A DNA stretch of 64,000 bases from Eledone cirrhosa (lineage: Eukaryota). Both the position numbers and the translations under genes were made by a program. The stretch covers positions 142,042,001 to 142,106,000 of the forward strand of contig OZ024742.1 of assembly GCA_964016885.1 (NCBI GenBank), given 5' to 3'. The notes below the pieces were generated by a model. The model did no database searches. It was not told the DNA's origin and was given only the letters and a program-made list of their open reading frames with translations. This document shows, piece after piece, positions 41,340-54,026 of the stretch. Within the stretch, counting starts at the first letter, position 1; every line of letters starts with the position of its first letter.

Positions 41340-42638
41340 AAGTGAGGGGTTTTTTTACAAAATGAAAAATAACCGAGGTGTCCTACACGAGTGAAAGTAT
41401 AGAGAAAAAGAGATGAAATCGAAAATGCAACTGGAGTCTTATTTTTTTTTTAAATATATATATTTATTTGGTTCCTTTACTGGTTTCGCAGTTCTTCTGC
41501 CTTTCAAAAGGTGAGTTGAGATGGAGGGTCTGTGGTTTTTCTCACATCTGGTTGGTCTCTGAATGTTACTTGTTTTATATGGAAAAAGTGGCTCGAAATG
41601 CCAGGTTTTTCGAGAAGTAATTTGATTTGTTTGTCAATAATTATAATAAATTTCGCGCCAGTTCGCGTTACAATAGTTCTTCAAATAAGAGGGGGGTTGT
41701 CACAGGTTGTTTTTTCATATATGAGTCTTTGAATTTCTTTTTACTTGAAAAAAGGGGCTCACGAAGGCTTTTTTTTGGTTGGTTTTAAATGAAATTATGG
41801 CTGTCACGTGAACAAGTTTTCATTAAATTTTCGTGCCCTTATTTGGAAATCCATTCTGTAGCCTTTTTAGAGAATTTTATGATAAGTGAAAGATAATGGT
41901 CAAGAGAAAATGATGGGAAAATTGTTCTGGTTCAGTGAATATGGTTAGTTCGCTGGGGTGTCAGAATTCAGATTTTCTATTGAATAAAGATAGTAAACAT
42001 ATGTATGTTTATTTGTGTGCTTGTGTGTGTGTGCGAGTGTGTGTGTGTGTTGTGTGTGTGTGTGTTTGAATTTCTTTACTTAAAAAAAAGGTTGCTCACG
42101 AAGGCTTTTTTTTAATAAACGTGATTTGATTGGTTATAAATGAAATTTGGCTGTCACGTGAACAAGTTTTCATTACATTTTTGCGCCCTTATTTGGAAAT
42201 CTATTCTGTAGCCTTTATAGAGAATGTTATGACAAGGGAAAGATAGTGGTCAAGAGAAATGGGATTGGGAGAATTGTTCTGGTTCAGTGAATATGGTTAG
42301 TTCGCTGGGGTGTCAGAGTTCAGATTTTCTATTGAAGTAAAGATATGTATGTTTATTTGTGTGCTTGTGTGTGTGTGTGTGTGTGTGTGTGTATTGGAAG
42401 ATGATTCTATTAGTAGAAATGGGGGAGGGAGTTGTGTGTGTGTATATATATGGGTGTTATGTGTGTGTGTGCGAGTATGTTAAGATGGAGAGAATATATA
42501 TTTTGTGTGTGTGTATATATGTGTGTAGGAAAGTGGTTCTATTAGTAGAAATGGGGGAGGGAGTTGTGGTGTGGGGGTTGTTATGTGTGTGTATGGGTGT
42601 TATGTGTGTGGGAGTATGGTTAGCATGTTAAGATGAAG

Positions 42639-42672
<34 letters not shown>

Positions 42673-43763
42673 GTGTGTGTGTGTGTGTGTAGGAAAATGA
42701 TTCCTTTAGTCGGAATATTTTTGAATGAACATATTTTCCTTACTTATTCGTATTTGTTCTGTTGTATTGTCAGTGCAAACGTATGTTAAGGTTTATTTAG
42801 TTCGGGTTTTTATTTTCTAAAGTAGAAGGTGTTATGTGTGTGTGTGTATGTCATATTATGGTGTTGAGATAATGTATATTAAACCATATTTAATGCTGGT
42901 CTATATTTTTGAATAAACATATTTTCCTTATTTATTCGTATTTGTTCTGTTGTATTGTTAGCGCAAAGGTAAAATGGGAAGACTTGGAATTTGGGTGTCT
43001 TATTACTTGCGCAAATGTCTAGATGTGCACTTAGTGGTATCTGTCTCATGGGGTTGGATCTCGTAATTGTTGGCGATGAACTGTCATTCTGTTTCTGAGT
43101 GTGAGTTTAGTTTGTCCTATATAATCTTCATTGCATCCTTTACATTTAATGGCATAAATTAGATTTTTTGATGAGCAAGTGAAGTGATTTTTTACAGTAA
43201 AATTTTGTCCTGATTTAAATGTATACGTGTTGCCTTCAATGAGGTGAGTGCAGGTTCCACAATTAGAGCGACCACATTTTTTGATACTTGGTTGTGGGTT
43301 TGTGGTAGGTAATTTGGCATTGGTGAGTAATGTTTTCAGTGATTTTGGTTGTCTTTTGCTTTTGATTATTTTGTGTGTTTCAAGGGCTTTTTTCATTCTT
43401 GGGTTTTGTTTTAGTAGTGGGATGTTCTTGTGAATAGTGTTGTAAGCTTCCGCATTTCTTGGGTTGTGTGTTAATATATATGATAGAATATTGGACGTAC
43501 CTTGAATTTGTTTCTGTTTCCGTAATTCATCAATGCCTATTGCTTTAGCCCGTTCTATTCCATTATTTATTAGTAATAGTGGGTAATCTCTCTCGAGTAG
43601 AATTTCCTTTAATTCTTGAAGTCTTTTATTTCGCGTTTCATAATTGGAGACAATTGTGCAAATTCTTCTTGCTAGGTTAAAAGGAATGTTCGTCTTCGTG
43701 TGCTTTGAATGGTTGGAGGTGAATAGCAGATATTGTTTGGAATCTGTTGGTTTGTAGTGTATG

Positions 43764-43770
<7 letters not shown>
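41340..43770 (-). mobile_element. Penelope-like 3' fragment with long 3' UTR and terminal hammerhead
   Basis: IKSKRQPKSLK..KCGRSNCGTC..NLIYAIKCKGCNEDYIGQT (43046-43396), related to the 24974-26604 copy; internal duplication of ~41738-41992 at ~42073-42345; terminus 41403-41540 matches 33570-33707. Confidence 0.9.
41474..41511 (-). ncRNA. Decayed copy of the 33641-33678 hammerhead
   Basis: Minus strand: cctt-TTGAAAG-gcag[aagaa]ctgc-GAAA-ccag-TA-aagg (A9G, palindrome broken). Confidence 0.7.
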
Positions 43771-43821
<51 letters not shown>

Positions 43822-44143
43822 TATATATATATGTGTGCATATATATATATATATGCATATATATATATGTGTATGTATATATATATATATGTGTGTGCAT
43901 TTATATATATATGTGTGCATATATATATATATGCATATATATATATATATATGCATATATATTTATTAAAGTTTAAAGTTTAAAGAATCGATGCTTTCAC
44001 CCTTAGCAGCGATTCTTTGCTTAAACTTTAATCTGTTATTTTAATAAATATTTGCTCTAGGGTTCTTATATATTTGATATATATGTATCCTTATCGAACC
44101 CTCTTTGGATTTTGTCTTCAAATTTATTATTATTACTATATGC

Positions 44144-44510
44144 ACTCAGATGCTGGATGGCTGCTACACGAGAATACTGAGGATGGCTCTGAACATTAAT
44201 CAGTATACACTGAGGATGAAAAACTCAGAGCTGTACGGGAGCCTCCCATGCGTCCGGTCAAATGTGATACAGAGGAGACTGAGGTTAGCTGGACATGGTC
44301 ACCGATATCCAGAGTTGACACTGCACTCAGTGCTCCTGTGGGATCCCCTGCATGGACACACTGGAAGAGGAAGACCAAGGTTAACATATGTTGATGCCCT
44401 AAGGACAGACACTGGTCTGTTGGAGACGGAGGACATGGCAGTGATAATGAGGGACAGAGACCGCTAGAGAGAACTCGTCCATGGATCTCGGGAATTTTAC
44501 CCGCCCTAGA
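44144..44510 (+). pseudogene. RTE/RTEX-like LINE 3' fragment
   Basis: [51 protein letters not shown]. Confidence 0.85.
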
Positions 44511-44706
44511 TATATATATATATGCATATATATATGCATATATATATATGTATATATATATATATGCATATATATATATATGTATATATATATGCATATA
44601 TATATATATATATATGCATATATATATATATGCATATATACATATGCATATATATATGCATATATGCATATATATGCATATATGCATATACATATATAAA
44701 TGCATT

Positions 44707-44772
<66 letters not shown>

Positions 44773-44883
44773 TAATTTAATATATCTACTAACATAAGCG
44801 CACAGATGTACGCTAATGCCAGCAAATACACAGGTTATGTCATAGTACCTAGGTGGTTCAATGCAGGAGGATGCAGAACAATA

Positions 44884-45144
44884 ATATAAAAGACGTAAAA
44901 TAAGAAAATTTTTTTTAAAAATTTTAAAAAAATTAACTTACTTACTTAAATTTTCACTCCAAGTGTCCGCGCATTGCCTGGAGACTTGGCTGAGAATAGA
45001 TCTCCCTGATGACGCAATGAAATTCTCAACAGTTCATTACGTAACTGTCTTTATCCCATTGCAGAAACTAATTAGTTGGAGTGAAAATTTAAGTAAGTAA
45101 GTTAATTTTTTTTTTTTTTTTTTTTTTTATTTTCTTATTTTACG

Positions 45145-45154
<10 letters not shown>
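44884..45154. repeat. ~78-bp inverted repeat enclosing a hammerhead
   Basis: 44884-44962 is the reverse complement of 45076-45154 apart from the A/T tract. Confidence 0.85.
45002..45081 (+). ncRNA. Type I hammerhead with large loop II
   Basis: ctcc-CTGATGA-c-gcaatg[~37 nt]cattgc-a-GAAA-ctaattag-TT-ggag; palindromic stem III, GUU triplet. Confidence 0.8.
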
Positions 45155-45209
<55 letters not shown>

Positions 45210-45210
<1 letters not shown>

Positions 45211-48160
45211 CAAAATAAGATGTTGAGGTTACATATATCGTTCAATCATAATAATTATTTCCACGGTTCTCCATGCAATCGAGATGTCCTTCATGCATTT
45301 GCTGTTGTTATGAGAACGGTATCCTCAGATGATATCCAATATGCTTGATAAGTCGCTGGCAGGAAAAAAACACACGTCCTATTGCTTGTGTGCCCAGCAG
45401 ACATATGAGTTCCTTGAAGGGTTTGACAGCCGTCGTATTTGCTAGAAAAAGCTATCAACGGAAAAAACGAAAAACCTGTGTGTAGCCAAAGTCCAGTAGA
45501 CAGTGGAAGCAATAAATGGAGCTCCGATGGAGGGTGGGGTATATATTTTGTTGACAACCACCTTAAGACAACGACAACAACAACAACAATAACAGCAAAA
45601 CACCGACCAATATCGTCCACACCGGCCGCATCAGTCGTAGTGATATTACTACCCTACTGACAATAACAACGAAAGCAACAACCACAGTAAACATTTACAA
45701 CAGCAGCAAAAACACGGACTAGCGTCGTGTACATAGACTGCAGCAGTCGTAGTGATGGTATCACCCCGCCGACAATAACAACGATAACACCACAGCAATA
45801 AAAGGATTTCTGAGGTAGGTGGATACACAGAATTGGTGGCATCTATCACCATAACTATATAGCAACAACAACAATAGTAACGGTAACAAACATCAACACC
45901 GTCCATTACCTACCCCGGTCGTCGTAGTAGTGGTGTTATCATTGATATTAGTATCAAGTCAATGGCAGTGAGCACCCATTACCCGGGAGCCAGACAGTAG
46001 TAACAACAATAACAGCAACAGCACCAGTGATGAGCCCACCACGGTGACGGCGGCAACAAGAAAAGGCCTCGCTTCCATCCAAAGGCACAAGGCCAGCAGT
46101 AAATACATTGCAGAAAAAACAAACTAGCCACAATAGTAGTCCGTTGAAACAAGGAAGCGAAAAATGGGACAGAAATACAGATGGATATTTATATATATAA
46201 ATAAATACATGCACAGTTAATACAGTCACCTCTATCATTCTAAGGCATAAGGCTAGCAATAATTACAGTGCAGAAAAACAACTAACCACAATAGCATTCA
46301 GTTGTAACTACAGTGGCATCAATACTATTAAAAGGGTTGTTAGATTAGGGAAGAGAGTTACGGGAAGCGAAAGTAGGGACAGAAACATACAGATAAGAAT
46401 TCGAGAACAGATATAGAGAACATAATAATAAAAGAACGTGACAAAAATACATAAAAATAACAGTAGGTATACAAACTGAGAATAAGGAACAAGGGACATG
46501 AAACATGAGACTCCAGGTGTGCAAACAAGTTATCCAGGGTTCGCCTGATACTGGGGTTGTTGTGTGGCCACGCCCGGCTCCTGCGATCAGGCTTGTAATA
46601 GTCCTCAACTAGTATAACTATGTTGTTAGTCCGTACAGTTTGAGGAAGGTTCCAGATGATTTGTGGTGGCAGGTACTGAAGGGTTACTCCTTTTATTGAT
46701 AACTCGAGCTCCCATCTCGATTATTTCCATAATCTCGGTGACACACAAATCGCATGAGTCATGTCCACCCCCTCTGTAGGGTTAGGCTGAGGCGACCTTG
46801 GACCACGACAAGGTGTATTCTAAGTTATCATGTTCGAGACCGCACACCAGTTCTGAGAGGGCGGTGCTATATTTCTTATCATCTCTCCTAAAGGTGTGGC
46901 AGTGATTGTATCAGCGTTCCTTAAATTTATTAGCCGTTACTCCGATATAGATGAAGGTTTGGTTATTGGCACTCACCCTACATTCATATTCTAAGCCGCT
47001 GCTAAGGCACTTGTCTTCCAGGGGACAGTTACTGGGGTTTCTAGTTACAGTTCGGAGGGTGTTGCCGCCCAGATCTCCGGATCGCGTTGTATGATTCCCC
47101 GGTCGTTCACGGTTCAAGATGTTGCCAACAGAGGAAGAGGCATTTGCGTGGCACGCCTCTTCATGGTTGCTGTTTTCCCTGGAGTTGCGGACGTTTTTTA
47201 ATCTACTTCGGTTTAAGGCTTCTATATTTTGCGCTAGGTTTCTAGTTGTGGAGTAGGACAATTTAATAGTATGCCTGTTGAAAATGGCATGGTACCGGTG
47301 CTGCTTATAGAAGTGCTTATCCAAAGCCCTGAAGAAAGAGGCTACTAGGTTGTTGCGTAGACCGGTGCAGAATGTGTGTGTGGGGGGGGGGGGGGTAACC
47401 AAATGACAATACGGGAACGGGTTCGCTTCCTGTTGTAGTCACCAGTCCCTGTACCCGTTCTGTCAGAGTATGTGTTACGTAGTCGCTGTGGACGTCTGGA
47501 AGGGCCATGCTCCCTAATTCGTCGCTGCTCGTTGGGTTGGTTATGCCGATCGGAGCACCCCGAACTGAGTAGTCTCCGTTCGTAGTGAGGGAGGTGGTTT
47601 GTACTTTCCACGCTCACCCCGGACCCACACATATCCCCCGCGGCTCAACCGCGTCAGCTTCCTCGTTTTCCAATGTAGGCGAAGTCCGGTCCCTTCTTAA
47701 TAAGCCATGGTTTGCAGTTCCTCCAGGATTACTCTGTAGTGTGGTATCAGGGATGAGTAATGAAGTCCTAGTCGTGTTGGTCCCGTCGTTGTTTCCTTCC
47801 AATGTGTTACTGTCAGCGGTAACGTTATTCATTAGACTGGGTATAAACTTAATTTTCTCCTTACAACCTGCATTATTTAGGGCATTATTATAATAGCTAG
47901 CTACGCTATTGAATGTATCTGGCTAGCTGACAGAGAAGAAATCCTACGGGATAGGCTATTTTCAAAGGCCCTCTTGACTGATCCGGGATGGTTCGAGTTG
48001 GCATTTACGTACTTGAGGCACTCGTTCGGCTTGTGGTACGGGTAGTAGAGGCCGGATTCTAGATTGAGGGTAACATCCAGGAAGTTGACTATCTTTCTAT
48101 TATTTTCTATGTCTATGCTGAGACGAGGGTTTTTAAAAAACTAATTAGGCTCTTTCTAAT
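45210..48160 (-). mobile_element. Penelope-like element, 5'-truncated and disrupted
   Basis: VNFLDVTLNLESGLYYPYHKPN..YVNANSNHP (~47980-48090); FFRALDKHF..HRYHAIFNRHTIKLSYST; CPLEDKCL..YIGVTANKFKER; followed by long low-complexity 3' UTR. Confidence 0.85.
45245..45333 (-). ncRNA. Type I hammerhead with long stem II at the 3' end of the 45210-48160 PLE
   Basis: Minus strand: atcat-CTGAGGA-taccgttctc[...]gagaaccgtg-GAAA-taatta-TT-atgat. Confidence 0.8.
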
Positions 48161-48290
48161 CCTATTTATAATGCTATATATATATGAATGTATGTATAGT
48201 ATATTTGGCAATATACCGTATGTTTAATTAAAAACATTTAGAAGACCATTCGCTATCAGTTTTAAAGTAGTGACTATGTCACTTACTTAC

Positions 48291-48370
48291 TTTCAGCAAA
48301 GGCTAGGAGAGAGGCTGACAGCTGTTTCTCGCTGGTTGGCGTTTATCAAAGCCACCTGCCTTTGCCGAAA
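48291..48370 (-). ncRNA. Hammerhead, U3-A8 core, extended stem I
   Basis: Minus strand: ggcaaaggc..ggct-TTGATAA-acgc[caacca]gcga-GAAA-cagctg-TC-agcc..gcctttgct; core at 48313-48353. Confidence 0.85.
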
Positions 48371-48431
48371 ATTATAGAAGCTGGATTCTTATAGAATTCC
48401 AGTAATAATCAGGAGGTGATTATACAGAGCG

Positions 48432-48529
<98 letters not shown>

Positions 48530-48793
48530 TATTTTAACCATATTACACCATAAATAGCTCTCTGAATATAAGGGTGAAACACCAAATTTTCAGAACTTCA
48601 TTTTAGGTAAAATATTATATAGTATAGTAAATCATAGCATAGCAAGCAAAAAATAGATTTAAAGGAATCGTAATTCTACTTACATAATAGCTTTATGGTT
48701 AATTAGTAAATGGTTAATTAGTAAATTAAAACACTTATACTCTTCGGTAAGCATAGACTTATGTATATATATATATAATTTATATATGTATAT

Positions 48794-48838
<45 letters not shown>

Positions 48839-49116
48839 GTTCATCATTGAGCCACATCGTGAATGGTTGCCAAAAACATATATCTATGACTTTGTCTAGT
48901 TTGTGTATATGTAAATCTTTATATTTGATAATCTCCCATAAGGTTGAGATGCAATTTAGGCAATATTAGGCTGCGCTTTCTAGCAACCAGCCCATTCGCC
49001 GTAAGGCACCAATCACATTCTTTCTGACTTGACCACTGCCACGTCACAGTTCTTAGCCATTTTGAATTCGTTTCTGGCGGGGATCATTTAAGAAAAATCT
49101 TCGTCCAAGTGAGTTT

Positions 49117-49198
49117 GTTTCCTGATGAGTTCGAAGCTCGAGAATTTATCCTTGATAGGATATTTCCGAAAGCGAACAAAACCCTAAAGGGTAGAAAC
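49117..49198 (+). ncRNA. Hammerhead with long stem II and G12A core change
   Basis: gtttc-CTGATGA-gttcg[...]cgaac-AAAA-ccct[aa]aggg-TA-gaaac. Confidence 0.7.
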
Positions 49199-49476
49199 GT
49201 AATCCTGGTATGTGTATAAGCATTTTTTTTCTAACTTTAATTTTATACCTAATCGTGTATGGTTGACGATATATTTAACCGATTTCCACGTGCTATTGAA
49301 ATGCTGGGTAAATACTCTATAGCTGTTGATCGCGAATAGATGGCTGTCGTTTATTTATCTATTATTTCTTCATAGGTGCCTGGTTTAATTGTTTGTTTTT
49401 GTGTGGTTGATTATGCTAATTGTGAGAGGAAATGGAATATATATCTTATCAAATGATTCTATGGACATCATTTATA

Positions 49477-49513
<37 letters not shown>

Positions 49514-50294
49514 ACAAGTTGATGGAACTAGCATGGGTATCACTGCTAGGACCGGTTGCATCTCAGCGTTCTCAATAGGTAATGTTAAATAAACTCCCAG
49601 AGTATACACATAGTTATTAGCTTCGATACAGAGCACATAAATGGGTACCTTAAATTGTTCCTCGACTCGAGTTTCGGCCATACTTGATGCAGCAATAGAG
49701 TGCGCAGCACCCTCCGTCCTCATATATTATGCAACAATGCACAATCGGCGCATGTGGCTTCATCAGCGGGTTTCGACAAATCAATAACCAATCAATCGAC
49801 AGAATTCGACTCCAGTTAGTGCCGGCTATGACTCCATGTGACGGCCAACACAGTAAAACGTTGGTAACTGGAATCTCTACGCGTCACTATGCGATTTGTT
49901 AGGTCTTCATTACGTTTACTGATTCCAGAGTCGGGCTAGATTGAAACAGATCGAACATTGAGCTGATCAATAGCGAAACGCGCGTCACTACTCAATAAAC
50001 GTAATGAAGACATAACAAATCGTCCTTTATTGGCAATATCGGTAAAAGGTCGGATGCCATGGTTTGACGCATAGAGTTACGGCCCTTGCCATTCTGAGCT
50101 CAAATCCCGCCTTTCATCCTTATGGGGTCGATAAAGTAAAGTACCAGTAATGCACTGGATAATTGCTGGCCTTGTGCCAAAAGTAGAAACAATTATTGTA
50201 ATTACACTCTACTTAGTTCTACTCCTCTTTACCAACTGGAAACTATGCATCGAGTGTTCACTCGGGTGAACCTACAGTAACTGCACGTCACACT

Positions 50295-50482
<188 letters not shown>

Positions 50483-51167
50483 ATAATGAAATGTAAATGT
50501 ACCAGAAATACGAATTTATCTGTAAATATAGTGAAGGCGCTTACAATAGTGAAACTGTGAGTTCGATTCTCGGACCGAACGATACGTTGTGTCCTTGGGC
50601 AACTATTTCACGACCCTCCAATTTACTCAGCTTGAGTGAATGTTATTGTTGCCAATCTGTATCGGCCTTCGCCTTTTCCTTGAACATCGATGGTGTAGAA
50701 AAGGGAAACTGGTATGCATGGATGACAGTTGGTCTTCCACAAAAGACCTTGCCCGGGCCTGTGTCTGGGAGGAGAACTTTCTAGGCGTAAAAACCCATAC
50801 TTATTCGTGACCGAAGGGTGTCTTTACCCTTTTCTACACACACGTGCATAACAACGAACAGCGGAGGACGCGTTTCGCACCTTTCCGACAGACAACCTTT
50901 CCCCCACCCCGGAAAAAAACCCCAGTTGATGGATGTGAGTCCGAAATATATAGGCACAATTAAATCTCTCCCAAGGTAACTCTCTCTCGTGTTGTTATTT
51001 TATTTTATCCTTTATGCTCTTTCCTTCATTCCCCTACACGTCTTATACACGCCACGCATCTCAACGTACACCCACTTACATCTCTCTCTCTCTCCACCAC
51101 CGGATTTTTTACCCGGAGATTTACCCATCTGCATTGTCGAGGCTTCCAAACGACTTAAAGAAATTTA

Positions 51168-51207
<40 letters not shown>

Positions 51208-51399
51208 CCCCCCCCCCCCATATATATATATATATATATATATGAGGGGGCTCTGTATATATAATTTCTTCATACATACATACACATGTGTGCGTATGTA
51301 TATTTATATAGTATATATATTTATATAGTATATATATATATACTCAATCGAAGGAAGCTAAGACGCAACATAATATGGACAATATGATCTGTGTAGCCG

Positions 51400-51630
51400 T
51401 CTGTGTAGATCGCCTCGCACTCATAAGATTCTGGGTTCGCTTCATTGCGTGGCATATTGAAGATGTGTCATTTATTCTAGTCTCGGATCGAACGAACATG
51501 AGCTTGCCTGGTCTTGCTTGGGGAACCAACCGGATCAGTTGGAGACGGTTGCTTCTGACGGGACCCGTTGGAAGGAGTGTTTGAGGACTCTGTCCCGACG
51601 ACCCTCTCTTTTTCTTCTTCTTCTTCTTCT
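51400..51630 (+). pseudogene. Probable RTE-like 3' end with (TTC)n tail
   Basis: QLETVASDGTRWKECL resembles the RTE LE..A.DR..WR terminus and is followed by ttcttcttc. Confidence 0.45.
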
Positions 51631-52744
51631 GTATTGTATCTGGAACTCAAACGACCAGCCTTGGCCTCGCACCGTAACACACAGATTCGGCCTGAGGATC
51701 ATTTTAATGTTACGCGTGTCTTCAAGGCCAGTGAGTGGGTATTTATCTCCCTTGGTTACCTCTATAATATGTGCGCCCTTCTAATTATGCGCCCTTTTCT
51801 CCGTAATAAAATAATTCCAACTCTGCAGCAAACTGAAAAAAAACTAGTTTTGACACTTGCTCTATCAACACTTACAATATTACCAAGCCTGTATTTTCTA
51901 CTGCACAGTCCACACTCACCAGACCAAATTATATTACTGGTCATGGCACCATACAACCTTCTCTACCCCTTTGGATTTTTCCACAACGCTGCTAGGCGGC
52001 AAAGATGTTTGGGGATTTATTTATTGATCATAGGAAATCATATATTTAATTGAATTACAGAAATTAAAGTCCAGTAATATGGCCCTCAGAGTTTTTCACC
52101 CTATGTAGCCGTCTAGTTGGTCTAAATGCAGCGCCAACCCTGCAAGCCTGTAAAATTATATTCTGTTGCTTATGGATTAATTTCACAAGTAGGAATTCAT
52201 CTGGTCGAACAACTAACTACTCATCGTCGAAGTCGACGGTGAACCACCACCATCTCTGATAGTAACAAATTAATCGCATCTTTCTATTGGTTCTCCTCAC
52301 ATTTATTTTTGTTTGTTGCTAGATTCATATATCAATCTAAACATTTTTTTTCTTTCCTTCTCGCTACTTTGAAAATATATTGATGGAAATCCAATAGCTT
52401 CTTTTTACGATTTGATTAATGCTTTTCTAGTTTTAATTTCAATTTCAACTTGATCGTCATCTATTTTGTTAAAAAAAATTAAGATATTTAGAAACCATCT
52501 TGAAGTCATTTTTTACTTATTTTTTTATCTAGTCCTTAGAGACTGTAAATAAATGAGGTTCTTTCTAATTATAGACAAATCTATCTCGCTCTAAAAGGAA
52601 TAAGAAAAAAGATTACTTTTATTACGTATGTATTTCGGGTCTAAAAATCTCGTCACTCAAACATTTCCATATCATTTTCTCATATTTTCATCTCTATTAC
52701 TTTTCTTTTTGTTCCTTACATAATAAATACATTAGGATAATGAG

Positions 52745-52948
52745 AGACGGTTGTTGTTGGTTGTTGTTGTAGTTGCTCTTGTTGCTGTTGCTGCTCTGGG
52801 TGTTGCTGTTGTTGCATTTTGTTGCTGTTAATGTTTTTGCTGCTGCTACTACAATTGTTTTTTGCTGCTGCAGTTACTACTGTTCTTGTTGCTGGAGTTG
52901 CTGATTTTGTTGTTGTTGCTGTTGTTGCTTCGGCTGCTATTGTTGGTT
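52745..52948. repeat. Degenerate (GTT/GCT)n trinucleotide tract
   Basis: Direct inspection. Confidence 0.85.
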
Positions 52949-53194
52949 AGTCACACGGCAGCTGTAATCTGTTCAGTCATGAGACATCTTTATTCAGGTT
53001 TACCCGTCTTCATCTGTAGGGAGCTACTTTGAGCAAGATTAGCCAGTAATTTCTAGCAGATCAAGCAATCCGTAGAGGCTTTCTCATTGTGTATGAGAAT
53101 TGCTGAAAGAGTGTGTGCCTATAAATGTGATACAGTATTTACTTGCAAACAACGATTTAACGAGTTCAAAAACCCAGTACCACGAAAACGCACG

Positions 53195-53232
<38 letters not shown>

Positions 53233-54026
53233 TACATACATACATACATACATACATACATACATACATACATACATGGTGGCTGCCAACTCGTTTTCGA
53301 GTATGGCCACTACTTTATATCCATGTAGGAGAACCCCTACCGATGCGCTGAACGAGTGTGACTTTTTAGTCCAGCCAGCGACTTGAAAACTCTGGTACAA
53401 ACACTACACTTGTGACAATTATTGACACATAATGCTGGGCCCATGGTACCATCTGACGACAAGTGCAGAGAGATCTCCAGATATAAAGCAATGCCTGTGC
53501 CGTGAAGCTTTTATAGTGAGCAAAGGCACTGCACAAAGCCAGTCCCACTCTCTTAACATACATACATACATACATACATACATACATACATACATACATA
53601 CATACATACATACATACACTATGTAAGTACAATCCATTAATGGAACAGTAAAAATATGTAAGACATTCCAAAGATTTTGCATCTAATAACTGCATATACA
53701 CATACAGATGCAAAGCATATACACATGCACACATACAACTCAAAACATACACATCCACGCATACAATAACATCCATATCTACACATGCATACATACATAC
53801 CTACCTAGTTGATGTTCTGTAAATTCCAATGAGAGAGTCTTGTGTCTGTTAGAAACCGACTCTCTCTCTATTGGTAAAACTTTATGAAATTATAAAACCA
53901 GAAGAACATACATACATACATACATACATAAATACATACATACATACATACATACATATATGCATACATACATACATACATACATACATACATACATACA
54001 TACATACATACATACATACATACATA

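Noticed and set aside
50860-50955. Hammerhead halves (GAAACGCGTC on -, ggatgtgagtccGAAAtatata on +)
   Set aside because: No intact CUGANGA or stem I can be assigned.
52745-52948. Poly-Q-like coding potential on the minus strand
   Set aside because: Simple trinucleotide tract next to a repeat, with no splice or ORF context.
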